DNA from: Octopus sinensis
Taxonomy: Eukaryota
DNA length: 64,000 nt
Direction: 5' to 3'
Assembly (NCBI RefSeq): GCF_006345805.1
Contig: NC_043010.1
Coordinates: 1,860,001 to 1,924,000 of the forward strand
A program made the position numbers and the translations under genes. Position 1 is the first letter of the stretch. The number at the start of each line of letters is the position of its first letter. Below, piece after piece: positions 37,329 to 50,939 of the stretch. The notes below the pieces were generated by a model that was not told the DNA's origin, searched no databases, and saw only the letters and a program-made list of their open reading frames with translations.

Positions 37329-39257
37329 GTAAGATCAAATCTGAAATGATGTAGTTTCAAAGTGAACATCTTAATGCAGGCATGGCTGTGTGGTTAAGAA
37401 GTTTGCTTTGCGATCATATTATTTGTGGTTCAGTCTCACAGCATGGCACCTTGAGCAAGTTTCTTCTACTACAGCCCCTTGCTCACTAATGCCTTGTGTG
37501 TGAATTTAGTACACTGAAGCTAATCAGAAGCTCATTATATCCACATGCATATGTATGTATGTATATATGTGCATGTGTGTGTGTGGCATTACATCGCTCA
37601 TAATGATAAAGGTTCCATTTAATCCTGTCAATGGAACAGCCTGTTCATGAAATTAATGAGCAAGTGGCTGAGTACTTCACAGACACGTGTATCCTTTTCA
37701 CCCCCACCACCTGGCAACTGGTGTTGGTGTGTTTATATCCCTATAACTTTGCAGTTTGGCAAAAGTGACCAATAAAATAAGTATCAGGTTTAAAAACAGA
37801 AGTACTGGGGTTGATTAGTTCAACTACTGGTGCCCCAGCATGGCCGCGGCCTTCGGGCTAAAACATTTTAAAGGATTTAAGGATACTAAACGTTCCAAAG
37901 CAGTGCCCCAGCATGGTCGTTGGCAAACGACTAAAAGAGGTAAAAGGTAGAAAATATAAACATTGCAAGCACTCGTGATTTGTAGCCAATCCAATTAATT
38001 TTTTCTTATGCCATAGATATTATGTAATTCCTTTTCTTTTGATGAAAGTTTATTCAATCAGGGCAAGCCTGGGGCTAAACAACATTAGCATAAGATGTGA
38101 ATAACAATTTGTTACTAAAGTGCATTCCATACATTTGTTTTGGTTTTTGTATGGAGAGAAGTAAAATGAGGTTAAGTAACGTTCATGTTTTTTCTCAAGA
38201 ATATTATTATTGTGAAATAAATAAATTAGCAACAAAACATTGAAACTAGATTAGGTTAGCGCTTGGTTCACGTAGAACTTGACTTTAAATCTATATCAAT
38301 ACAATATTATAGACTGCTTCAATCAATCAATCAATCAATCAATCACTCATTCAATCAATCAATGCAACTATTACTTTCCTGCTGTTAGATAAAGGCCCAC
38401 TTTGTATTTCTTCATAAGATTTGATTTTGAATTTCTGACCACCAAATTTTTTATCAAATCTAAACAATTCAATAAGTTACAAATTTGACAATGTTGTCTA
38501 GTTTTGTTTGTTTTTCAAGTTAATTTCATTGTCTCTGTGGTTTGTCTATGCTATTTCAAGTATATACATTTCTTACACAGACTGAAAAACCTTATAATTA
38601 GAAAGGAGGGAACATGAGATTCTGTGATGCTCATGCATTATTCTTACCATGACTTTGAGAAGCACTTCTAAAATAAGTCGAAATGTAAGCTACTATAAAT
38701 CGGCACAAACTTTCTGGACAACCCAATAGTTCCTAAAAATATTATAGAAATACAACAGGAGTTTTTTAAACATTAAATGGCTATGAAGGTCCAGTAGATC
38801 AAAATAGGCATCAGAGGGGTCCATAGGTAAAAAAGGTTGAGAATTTCTGATTAGATGACTTCTCTATCTCTTACATACAATAGCCAAATCTCCCACAGGT
38901 CACACTCAACTGTTACAGTAAAAGGAAAGATGCTTTGGATTAGCTGTGCAGTTAAGAATTTTCATTCCCAACCATATGGTCCCAAGTTCGGTTCCACTGC
39001 ATGGTGCCTTGAGCAAGTGTCTTCTACACAAGCATCAATCTGACCACAACCTTCTGAGTGCATGCGGTTGATAGAAACTGAAGGAAGCATGTTGTGTGTG
39101 TGTGTATATGAGTTTAAACTACATCCAGGAGTGGAACCCTGGTAGAGGAGTTCCAGGATTTTGAGAAGTGTGGAACCACCTCTTATCCACTATTGTTCCC
39201 AGATCTACTCCAATTCAGAGTAATTCCACCTGCTAGGGTCCTAGCTGTGGGTCAACT

Positions 39258-39480
39258 AGCTGGCAGAAACGTTAGCACACCGGGCGAAACGCGTAGGCGT
39301 ATTTCGTCTGCCATTAAGTTCTGAGTTCAAATTCTGCCGAGGTCGACTTTGCCTTTCATCCTTTCGGGGTCGATAAATTAAGAACCAGTTACGCACTGGG
39401 GTCGATGTAATGGACTTAATCAGTTTGTCTGTCCTTGTTTGTCCCCTCTGTGTTTGGCCCCTTGTGGGTAGTAAAGAAAT
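39258..39480 (+). mobile_element. SINE family A, near full length
   Basis: AGCTGGCAGAAACGTTAGCACACCGGGCGAAA...GGTAGTAAAGAAAT. Confidence 0.88.
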
Positions 39481-39774
39481 ATGTGAACTACTGAGAGTGA
39501 AGGACTCTTTGTTCTCATAAGAACTTCTTTCAAGGAGAAGGTATAAAAAACTTGATGTGCTGTTGATTTCTGGTCATCACAATCTCTGTTGTGCCACTGG
39601 TGTTATGGCTGATTGCACTGAAGAGTGGGTGCAGTACTGGGCAACTCTTGACCTACTCAAAGCAAATCCATTCACTTGTATTACTTGGACTCTTGGAACA
39701 TTTGCATGGACTTACTGACTTTAGAAACTGGTCTTACTCGATCACAAATTGACTTCCACCAAGTATATCTTTAT

Positions 39775-40160
39775 CTTTTACTTGTTTCAGTCATTAGACT
39801 GTGGCCATGCCGGAAGCACCACCTTGAAGAATTATTTTGTTGAATGAGTCAACCCCAGCACTTATTTCTTTTTGTTTAAGTCTGGTACTCATTCTATCAG
39901 TCTCTTTTACCAAACCACTAAATTAAGATGTCAACAAACCAACACTGGTTGTCAAATGATGGTGGTGGGGACAAACACACACACACACACACGCATGCGC
40001 GTGCATATGACGGGCTTCTTTCAGTCGTGGTCTATCAAATCCTTTCAGGAAGCTCTGGTCAATCTTTAGTACAAGACATTTGTTCAAAGTGCCATGCCGT
40101 GGAACTGAACCCAAAGCCATGTGGTTCAGAAGCAAACTTCATACTATACAGCTATGCCTA
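39775..40160 (-). mobile_element. SINE family B, older copy
   Basis: Tail CTTTTACTTGTTTCAGTCATTAGACTGTGGCCATGC, core and head remnants. Confidence 0.75.
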
Positions 40161-41732
40161 CACATACGCATGCATGCACATACGTGCACACACACACACA
40201 CATCATATTTATTGTTTAACATTTGTCTATCACGGGTTGTATGGTTAAACAGGAGCTGGCAAGCCAGAGGACTGTACCAAGCTCCACTGTCTGTTTTGGT
40301 ATGGTTTTTACATTTGGATACCCCTCCTAATTCCAACCATGTTACAGAGTGGACTAGTTGCTTTTCACATGGTGACAGCACTGGCAAGGTCTGTTTTGAC
40401 ATGGTTTTTACGGCTGGCTGCCCTTCTTAATGCCAACCACTTTACAGAGTGAACCAGGCGCCTTTTATATGGCACCAGCACCAGTGAGACCAGCACCCCA
40501 TGTGTATGTGCATTAGTGTCTCCCTGATACCACTTGAGAGCTGTAAATGAGTGCCACCATCATATAAGGGGTGTCATTCATTTCCAAACTTCTGTGAAAA
40601 GTTGTCCCACTCATAGCAAAATATTACCTTACGTGAAAACAGGTGAGGGTTAGTGATATGAAGGGCATCTGGACATAGGAAATCTGCTTCAGTGAATCCG
40701 ATCCATACCATGCAGGCATAGAAAAAGGGACATTAAAATGATAATGAATGAAAGTAAGATAATGTTGACATAGAGATGAACAAAGAAACAACTGCTATTT
40801 TAAAAACATTTAGTATACATGTGTGTGTGTGTGTGTGTGTGTCTCTCAGAGTCCAAAAAAGACAATTCTGCAATTTCTTGCTGAAATTTGTTTATAGTGA
40901 GTAAATGTATGTGCTGTACATTTGCTCACTCCATTAAATCAACATTTCCTGAATTGGTGCTCTGAGTATTACCAATTAAAGACATTGCAGAGCAACATGA
41001 GATAGTGTTTTGCTCAAAAACACAACACACCACCTAGTCCAGAAGTTGAAACCATGATTTCTCACTCATGAGTGCAACAACTTAACCACTCGGCTGCATG
41101 CCCTCTCGATATACTGCAAATGTCCATGAATATTACATATCTTGATTTTAAGGCCTAAATCTTGTTTTAAAAAAAATCTATACTCAGTATTCATACGATA
41201 AGTCAATAATCCACTGCAATCCAATGTATTAGTTTTTAATATCTCATTTTATATATAAAACATATTGATATATAATGAAAAATTATCTAAAAAATGATAA
41301 AGTATAGTACCATATTTTTCTTATTAAATGTGGGTGGGAAAAAAATTTGTAGCCTAATGCTATGTATTATGTGCACCCTTGATTTTAATATTGATTTTTG
41401 TGAAAATAAGTGTACATATCACATTTGGAGCTTTATGGTATCATTATTGATTTTTCTCACATGGTTACTATGTGACAAATTGGTAGAGTCACAGGGTGAA
41501 GGGACTGGAGGAGAGATGTAAGTGTGGTTGTGTAGTTAAGAAGCTTCCTTCTCAATTATGTGGTCTTGGGTTCAGCCCCATTGCACAGCACTTTGGTCAA
41601 GTGTCTTTTGATATAGCACCAGGCTGACCAAAGCCTTGTTAGTGAATCGGAAAGAAGCCTGTTGAATCTATCTACCTGTCTGTCTGTCTACTTATGCACA
41701 TATGTTCTTGTGTGGTAAAAGTCTTGCTTCTT

Positions 41733-41963
41733 AGGTGGCGAGCTGGCAGAAACGTTAGCACGCCAGGCGAAATGCTTAGCGGTATTTCATCTGCTGTTAC
41801 GTTCTGAGTTCAAATTCCGCCAAGGTCGACTTTGCCTTTCATCCTTTCAGGGTCGATAAATTAAGTACCAGTTACCCACTGGGGTCAATGTAATCGATTT
41901 AATCCCTTTATCTGTCCTTGTTTGTCCCCTCTATGTTTAGCCCCTTGTGGACAATAAAGAAAT
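41733..41963 (+). mobile_element. SINE family A nested in the head of a family B copy
   Basis: 11-bp duplication AGTCT(T/A)GCTTC at 41720-41730 and 41967-41977; the B copy continues to about 42300. Confidence 0.88.
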
Positions 41964-42456
41964 AAGAGTCTAGCTTCCCAACCACATAGCTCTGGGTTCA
42001 GTCTTACTGTGTGGCCAACTTGAGCAGGTGTCTTCTCCTATAGCCTCAGGCTGACCAAAGCCTTAAGTGGCTTTGGTAGATGGAAACTGAAAGAAGCCCA
42101 TCATGTGTGCGTGTGTCTTTGTGTCAGTGTTTGCTCCCTGCCACCACTTGACAACTGGTGTTGATGTGTTTACATCACAGTAGCTTAGCAGTTCAGCAAA
42201 GAAATCAGTAAAGACCAAGCTTAAAGTCATTTGACTAAAAATATTCTTCAAGGTGATGCTGCAGCATGGGCGCAGTCTAATGACTGAAACAAGAGAAAGA
42301 TTAAGATACATATGTATGTATGTGTGTTTACATTTGTCTTGATATGATGTGATGGTTGTATATGAGCATCACCAACCTATAAGTAATGATCATTTTTAGT
42401 CTTTTCTGAAAAACATGTCAGACCATGAACAAATATTACCATGATTGGAAACATAT

Positions 42457-42688
42457 ATTTCTTTATTGCCCACAAGGGGCTAAAGACAGAGGGGACAAAC
42501 AAGGACAGACGAAAGGATTAAGTCGATTAGATCAACCCCAGTGCGTAACTGGTACTTAATTTATCGACCCCGAAAGGATGAAAGGCAAAGTTGACCTCGG
42601 CGGAACTTGAACTCAGAACATAACGGCAGACGAAATACGGCTACACATTTCGCTCAGCGTGCTAACGTTTCTGCCAGCTCGTCACCTT
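42457..42688 (-). mobile_element. SINE family A with 16-bp target duplication
   Basis: ATGATTGGAAA(C/T)ATAT at 42441-42456 and 42689-42704. Confidence 0.88.
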
Positions 42689-44063
42689 ATGATTGGAAAT
42701 ATATAAGAGTTGGTGACAGGAAAAGCATCAGGTTGTAGAAAATCTGCCTCCACATATTCCATCTGACCAATGCAAGCATGGAAAAATAGACATGAAATGA
42801 TTATGATGACAATGAATAGTAAAGCAAATTAACTGATTTAATTCCAATTACTAAGATTGTTGTGTTGTGGCAACTGGAGAAGCCTCTATGAGGGTCAACC
42901 AGCTTGTTTTACTCTTTGACTTTTTCAGTTATTAGACTGCGGCCATGCTGGGGCATCACCTTGAGGAATTTTAGTCGAAATAATTGATCCCCGTACTTAT
43001 ATTTTTAAGCTTGGTACTTTTCCTATCAGTCCCTTTTGCTGAAATGCTAAGCTATGAGGAAGTAAACATGCCAACACTGGTTGTCAAGCAGTGGTGGGAC
43101 ACACACACACATATGTGCATCAGGCTTTCACACAGTTTCTGCCTACCATATTCACTCACAAGACATTGGTCGGCTCAAGGCTGTGGTAGAAGACACTTAC
43201 TCAAGGTACCATACAGTGGGATAAAACCCAGAACTACACAGATACAAGGCAAGAATCTTAACTACACAACCATGCCTGTGCCTTTTCTTTTCTCTCTCTC
43301 TCTCATTTTGCTCTTATTTTACAACACCAAGAAAAAATAAAAACACCACCCCATGTAGGATTTGAAAACACAACCTAGTGATTCACAGTTAAATCACTGA
43401 CAGGTATCACTTAAATCTTGTACTTTGCAGTCTTAGCTCTCTCCACTGCACCAATAGCTAAGCTATCATAATTACCAAAAGCTGTCTGTCGAAAGAACTG
43501 ATTGTCTACACAGAAGCAGTTCCATGCATTTCACTGACTGAGTGATTTCTCTGTGGGGCGGTGGTGTAAAATAATGCTGTGAAAAATAGTTCTTAGCAGA
43601 TAATTGGGAAACAGGTGGGTGGTTGAGTGCACCGCTGTCGACACGTGCATGTCTGTGTGTGTGTGTGTGTTCTTGTGAGGTTGTGAATGAAGTGGTGTAT
43701 AGCTTTCAGCGTTGTTATATCGTGTTAGTTTAGGTGACAATATGTATGTGTGTAGGTATATATGTGTGAGTGTATATGTATGTGTGTGTGTATATGTATA
43801 TGTGTGTGTGTATATCTATATATATGTGTGTGTATGTATGTATGTATGTGTGTATATAGGATGTGTATGTACATAAATATTAGTGTGTACATGTATATAT
43901 GTGTATATATAGTTCAAATTTACAGAAAGCAAGAGGAAGACAGGTGTAGGAACAGCAGGTGTATTTTTCATATATACGTACATATATATATATATATGCT
44001 GTATGTATATTGTGTGTGTGCTATGTGTATAAATATAAGCACTTTTTTCTGTCTGTATATTTA

Positions 44064-44103
<40 letters not shown>

Positions 44104-44641
44104 TATTTGTGAGTGTCAATATTTATTACTTGAAATTTTATGAATATATGAAATATATACATACATATATGCTCTCTATGTGTACGTGATTGACCTATAT
44201 ACATCCGTAAACATACACCTATGCCATTGTACTGCTGTGCCTGAAAGTGTATATATTTATGAATGAGTGTGTAAATTGTGTTATATACATAAATATTCTT
44301 TCCTACTCTAGGCAAAAGGCCTGAAATTTTGGGGGAGGGGTCCAGTCTATTAGATTGACCTTAGTATGCAACTGGTACTTAATTTATCGACCCCAAAAGG
44401 ATGAAAGGCAAAGTTGACTTCGGTGGAATTTGAACTTAGAACGTAAACATAAATGAAATAACGTTTCTGCCAGCGTGTCATCTTTATATACATAAATATT
44501 ACTTCTTCAGATCAAACCAAAGAAAAGTGTATATATTGCCAAATGTAACAAATTAAGGAGAACTTTGCTATTGGAAAAAGATATGAGAAACGAAAATTGT
44601 GTGTGAGTGTGTGTGTGTATGCATATACATTTAGATATGTA

Positions 44642-44675
<34 letters not shown>

Positions 44676-44737
44676 CATTTATACATGTATATGTGTGTGT
44701 ATAAATATGTATTTACATTTATATATGTATGTATGTG

Positions 44738-44803
<66 letters not shown>

Positions 44804-44849
44804 CATGTGCATGTGTGTGTGTATATCTATATATATGTGTGTGTGTATG

Positions 44850-44883
<34 letters not shown>

Positions 44884-45959
44884 CTAGTTGTGCTGGTTTT
44901 AGCTGTCTATATGAACATGTTCAAACCACTTAGAACAAAACGTATCTCAAAAGTGTTGCATCTTATCATCATCATCAATATTTTTGTTCATTTAACCGTG
45001 ATGTGACGAAGCTTGATGGGTTTTCTGAGGTAGAGTCTTGCAGCTGGATGCTTGCAAATCCTCTTACAAACTCCTTATACACCCCTTACAATATACAGCG
45101 GGGTAATTCGAAACATTGATACATGGGATATACACTCACTCACACACATACACACACACAAATGTTTATATCCATTATTAAAGTCAATGAAGCCAGCAAA
45201 ATTAATTTTTATTGGGTCAAACTCATTGTTTTAATGCATCAATATTGCTTCTAAAACCGAACACAATTTTTTGTTGTCGAATATTTTTTTATGACATTTA
45301 ATACATCATCTCTCTATGCACACACATGCACACACATGTACACACATACACGCATGCACATGTGCAGACACACAAACACACACACACACACACACACACA
45401 TACCTTGTTTCAGTCATTGGATAGTGGCCATGCTGGGGCACTAACTTTAAGGGTTTAGTTGAATGAATCAAACTCAGTACTTATTTGTTTTAAGCCTGCT
45501 GCTTATTCTATGGGTCTCTTTTTACCAAACTACTATATTCTGGAGACATAAACAAACCAACATCGGTTGTCAAGTGGTAGTGGGCAGAACAGATGCTGAT
45601 TTACACGCATACATATATGGATATCTACAATGGACTTCTTTCAGTTTCTGCCTGACAAATCCATTCACAAGGGCTTGATTAGTCTGGGTCTATAGTGGAA
45701 GACACCAGCAAATGGTGCCACACAGTGGAACTGAACTGAGAGCCATGTAGTTGGAAAGCAAACTTCTCACCACAATGCCATATCAATGATCTATTTTCTT
45801 TACAACAAAAGAGTAAAGGAGTACTCAATACAAGATGCGGAGTATATAATTTGTTTATTGAAAACTTTTTTGTCTTAGAACTTAGATTTGCAGTGGCATA
45901 AAGCTAGAATCACAAGGCAAAAAATGATCAAGAAAAAAGCATGCATGCACATATGCATG

Positions 45960-45975
45960 TGTCTGTATATATTCA

Positions 45976-46029
<54 letters not shown>

Positions 46030-46312
46030 CACATATATATACACATATATATATATATATACACATATATATATACATATATATATATATACACACGCAC
46101 ATATATATACACATATATATATATACACATATATATATATATACACATATATATATACACATATATATATATATATATACACACACATATATATATATAC
46201 ACACATATATATATATACACACATATATATATATATATATACACACACACATATATATATATATATACATATATATATACATATATATACACATATATAT
46301 ATATACATACAT
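45960..46312. repeat. Compound (AT)nACAC microsatellite
   Basis: Direct reading; it explains the overlapping I/Y/T/H ORFs. Confidence 0.95.
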
Positions 46313-47552
46313 ACAGAGAGAGAGGGGGATGGAGCCTTCGACTTTTTTCCCATTGAAGTGTGTTTTTAACTGAATATTCTGTAAGCTATTATTTATAGAT
46401 GTATCTACTTCAAGTTCCACAATTCTAAAACTAATTTACTTCAATTCTACCAAAGTTCCTAATTTCTTATAATGTAAATGTCTTGTAAATCAGACTGGTA
46501 AGAATGAAGCTTCTAAAATGGGTGCAGAATTGAAGTGTTTCTTTGGTATAATGGTTAGCAGCTCTGTTATGTTTGCAGAAGACATGGTTTCAAATCAAGG
46601 TAGTGTTTGACTACTATTTTCCACATAAAATGCTTTTTAAACCCAGTATTCTGCACACTGTCATTTATAGCTTTATTTACTTCAAGCATCAAAGAAATAT
46701 GTAAAAACATATTAATTCATATATACATGTATGCATGTGAGTTTGTGTGTGTGTGTGAAGAGGGGTATGTGCATGCTTTTATGCATTCTTGTATTATTTT
46801 ACTTGTTTCAGTCACTTGACTGCGGCCATGCTGGAGCACTGCCTTTAGTCGAGGAAATCGGCTCCAGGACTTATTCTTTGTAAGCCTAGTATTATTCTAT
46901 CAGTGTCTTCTGCTGAACCTCTAAGTTATGGGAACGTACTACACCAGCATTGGTTGTTAAGTGATGTTTGAGGAACAAACGCAGACGCACAAACATACAC
47001 ACACACACACACACATAAATACATATACATAAATACATATATATAAATACATATATATATATATATATATATATGACAGGCTTCTTTCAATTTCCGTTTC
47101 CCAAATCCACTCACAAGGCTTTGATATATATATATATATAAATGTACATTTATATCTGAGTTGATATATGAGTTACATGTATATGCATATGTTTATGTAT
47201 GCATGTTTGTACACACATCTTCATATACACACACACATTCATATGTATTCATGCATATGTGTGTGTGTTTACATAGGTTTTCATACATATGCATACAAAG
47301 CTATATACACATATACATACGCATAGACATACACACACATACACATGCATGCATGCACACATGCCTGCACTAATGTGTGTGTGTGTGTGTGTGCATGATA
47401 CTTTTCTCTCTACTGCATATAACTTAAGAAGTATTTGGTGAATGTGAGGCTAAGTTACAAAAGCTATTTGCCCAAGGAGCTTCATGCATTGTATTGAAGC
47501 CAAACCAAAAACATACTTTCGGAGCCAATATTTTATCCACACAGTCATGTCT

Positions 47553-47590
<38 letters not shown>

Positions 47591-48108
47591 GGTAGTAGTA
47601 TTACATGTATTATTGGTCAACATACATGTGTTTAAGTTGTCTACTCTGCAAATCAAAAGCTGTATTCAATGCATTTTGAAGTCAGTGCATGATATTTTAT
47701 ACTACAAAGATTACTTAGAACTTAGAAGATGCTGTATCTGCAGGGCAGCATGTCGGCAGCAAATTGACAGTTGTTAGAGCATCAGATAGAATGTCGTACA
47801 ACAGTCATTTTAACTCTCTAGACTCAGTGTTCAAATCACACTGAAGTCATCTTTGTCTTTTATCTTTCCCAGGTCCAATAAAGAATACTGTTTCAGTACT
47901 AGGGTTGATTTTTCCCTCTCGTTTTCGTTTGCTCTTTGTCGGGGGGGGGGGATAAAAGTGAAATCGTCTGTGTTTGGACCCAGAGATGGACTATCACTGC
48001 CACATTTGTAATGTCTAAAACTTGTTTGTTGAATGTCACAACAGTAGAACTGTGACTACCCCAGGAATTGAGGAATCTCAGACGAAATGAAAGACACATA
48101 CACATATG

Positions 48109-48148
<40 letters not shown>

Positions 48149-48622
48149 TTCTCTCTTTCTCTGTATATATGTATAATAGAAAATGAAGAGGAGAGTGGAG
48201 ATTTATTTGCATCCAAAACTTTTTATTAAAAAGTTTTCTACAGCTTATATAACAATGACCAACATATGTTTCTACTGCACCGACTGCACATTGCTCTGTA
48301 TGCAATTATGCAACCTAGTCACTGCAATTTCATCAAGGTTCCATCACTGACGACGTTTCCAAAGTGAACTAATTCAAACAAACTTCCTGCCTTGGTTATA
48401 ACATTACTTTTTAAAGGAAATTAAATTCCGGTCTTATAGTCACCTCCACTGGTGAATCGTGGTTTATAAAATGTTCATTCATATTACAATCAATTGTTGC
48501 AGTTTTGCTTACATTTACTGTATGGAGTACATTATTTATTCAGAAGTAATTCACTTATGTTTGGGTTTATACCCTCATTTAATATTATTTTTGTTATTAT
48601 TACTAAAATTATTTTACAATTG

Positions 48623-48734
48623 TTGTTGTATTTAGGAATGGTCATGTTGCCAGTTTAGCCAATAAAAACACACGTGCTATATATTTGGTGTTAATTGACT
48701 AAACTGGCAACATGACCATTCCTAAATACAACAA
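48623..48734. repeat. Perfect 36-bp inverted repeat with 40-bp spacer
   Basis: TTGTTGTATTTAGGAATGGTCATGTTGCCAGTTTAG (48623-48658) and its exact reverse complement (48699-48734). Confidence 0.95.
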
Positions 48735-48877
48735 TATCTGTTTCGACACATGATTTCACATCAAGAATCTTACAAAACAAATATATTTTACTATTATTTT
48801 CAAAAATATCATTAATTATCAAAATCATTATGTTAACTAGTATAATTACTATAGATGGTAATTTGTGTTTCTTTAAA

Positions 48878-49435
48878 TCATTTAAATGTATATTTAATCC
48901 AATGTGGACATCTCCTAGCCTGTTTCTGCCTAGTGTTTATAATAGTGTTTTTAATAAAGAAAATTTGGTACATTTCCTCCACACAAAGGTTACATCTATT
49001 ATCACTGATCCTATAAGGTTTTACTTCACAAATATTTTCCCAAGCAATTGAAAATACTTTGTTACTATCTTTAAGTACCCAAATTAGCTTACTAAGGCTG
49101 ATAGTATTCATTTTGTCCCTATTTCTAAAGGAACTTAAATGATTGGCAATTCTCTGCTTAATATAACGTGAGCTAGCTTCTATATTGAAATATCCTCTAT
49201 TCTCTGAGGTAATTTTACATCTGTATACAATATTTATATGTTTACAACCAGAGCCAAGCAGACAGAGCCTATACCTCGCACAATCACAGCTAATAGTTCT
49301 AGTACTTCCATCACTACTATCCACTTCACCTACTCTATATGTGATTTTTATATTCTCCTGTCTTTCTTCTAAGCTACCAGTCTTCTCCACAGAGACAACA
49401 CTCTGAGTACTTCTCCCTCTAGGATTCATATCCAC
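48878..49435 (-). pseudogene. Penelope-type GIY-YIG endonuclease domain
   Basis: CDC...CLLGSGC linker, NIVYRCKITS (GIY equivalent), KQRIANHLSSF (catalytic R and H), LSKLIWVLK, I-WE-I, CNLCVEE, RCPH: the motif series of PLE endonucleases. No reverse transcriptase upstream; frameshift at 49435. Confidence 0.85.
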
Positions 49436-49781
49436 TACTTCCAGGCCAACTGTAGAGCTCCCTCAGGTCTCTTCAATTCCATTGGTTGCCAAACCATATT
49501 CCTATCCTGATACCCAGCTGTGTCATCCATAGTCTGTCCATTCATGTTGACATTATTGCTATTTATTGATCTATAATTATAGTTCTGGTTACTGCTATTG
49601 CTAAAAATCATATGGAAACTTAAATTTATTATCATTGTGTACAGCTATAATTTGTGCTTGATTTTTGCTATTACAGCTGGGGGGGGGGACATATATGCCA
49701 CAGAAACTGGGCCCATGAGCCTGGCTAGGCTTAAAAAGGGCAACGTTTATTGTTATATATATATATATATATATATATAAA

Positions 49782-50012
49782 CAGGGTTGGCCAAAAGTCA
49801 TCTGACAGTAAATCAAAACCATTTAATTCCAAAATTTATTTATGTTTAACAACTGAATGAATTTAATAAAAGCATCTGAATATGAAACATCATGAAAATT
49901 GTTCAAACTGAAGTACTTCTTGAGCGACACCATTCTTCCATTCGAGTCAATACAGAATTACAGAAAGTATTTATGGAATTTTGATTTACTGTCGGGTGAG
50001 TTTTGGCCAACC

Positions 50013-50015
<3 letters not shown>
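49782..50015. mobile_element. Tc1/mariner-type MITE in (TA)n
   Basis: TIRs CAGGGTTGGCCAAAAGTCATCTGACAGTAAATCAA / TTGATTTACTGTCGGGTGAGTTTTGGCCAACCCTG (3 mismatches), TA tracts on both sides. Confidence 0.9.
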
Positions 50016-50049
<34 letters not shown>

Positions 50050-50052
<3 letters not shown>

Positions 50053-50495
50053 CTTTTATTTATTTCAATCATTTGACTGTGGCCATGCTGGAGCACCATC
50101 TTTAGTCAAACAAATCAACCCCAGGACTTATTCTTTGTAAGCCTAGTACTTAGTCTATCGGTCTCTTTTGCCAAACCGCTAAGTTATGGGGACATAAACA
50201 CACCAGCAACGATTGTCAAGCGATGGTGGGGGAGACAAACATACACACACATACAACGGGCTTCTGTCAGTTTCCATCTACCAAATCCACTCACAAGGCT
50301 TTGGTCGGCCTGAGTTTGAACAATTATCATCATGTTTCATATTTAGATGCTTTTATTAAATTTTATTAAATTCAGTTGTGAAACATAAATAAATCTTGGA
50401 ATTAAATGGTTTTGATTTACTGACACTTGCCCAAGGTGCCACACAGAGGGATTGAACCTGGAACCATGTGGTTGGTAAGCAGGCTACTTAGCACA
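50050..50495 (-). mobile_element. SINE family B carrying a foreign insert of about 110 bp
   Basis: Normal B sequence except that 50313-50422 replaces about 12 nt of the core. Confidence 0.8.
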
Positions 50496-50939
50496 TATTT
50501 ATGTATACATACTCATCCATACACATGCACAAGTTAATGTCTGGCCTCTTAAAAAATTCTATAGAAAACATAACATAAAACAACTGCTTCTATTATTTGT
50601 TGTTCATCATCATCTCTGTTATCAGTGTCACCTTGTTAATCACAGTCACCATCATCATCACCACCACCATTATCAGCCTCTTCACTATCATCCTCAACAC
50701 AACCATCCCCACCGTTGCTACCATCTTTATGCATATTAGCATCACCACCACTACCACCACAGTTCCACTTTCATTAACGGTATGTAATCATATCTATTGT
50801 CACATATTAGTACCATTAATCATGTTGATACAATACATACCAGTCAAATACTGGGTTGATTCAACAGACTAGATCTCTCACCCAGACTCTGTGAATTTAC
50901 ACCTATACCAGAAATAGTTTTGAATTGGTTTATTAATTA

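Larger units (their letters stand above)
48623..49680 (-). mobile_element. 5'-truncated Penelope-like retroelement relic
   Basis: Endonuclease ORF plus an upstream NYSCT / IIAVHN remnant (about 49620-49665), a 3' hammerhead-like relic (48735-48766) and a terminal inverted repeat. Confidence 0.75.

Noticed and set aside
43325-43440. tRNA-like sequence on the minus strand with an apparent intron
   Set aside because: Acceptor and T stems do not pair; more likely a decayed SINE head. No true tRNA gene was found in the window.
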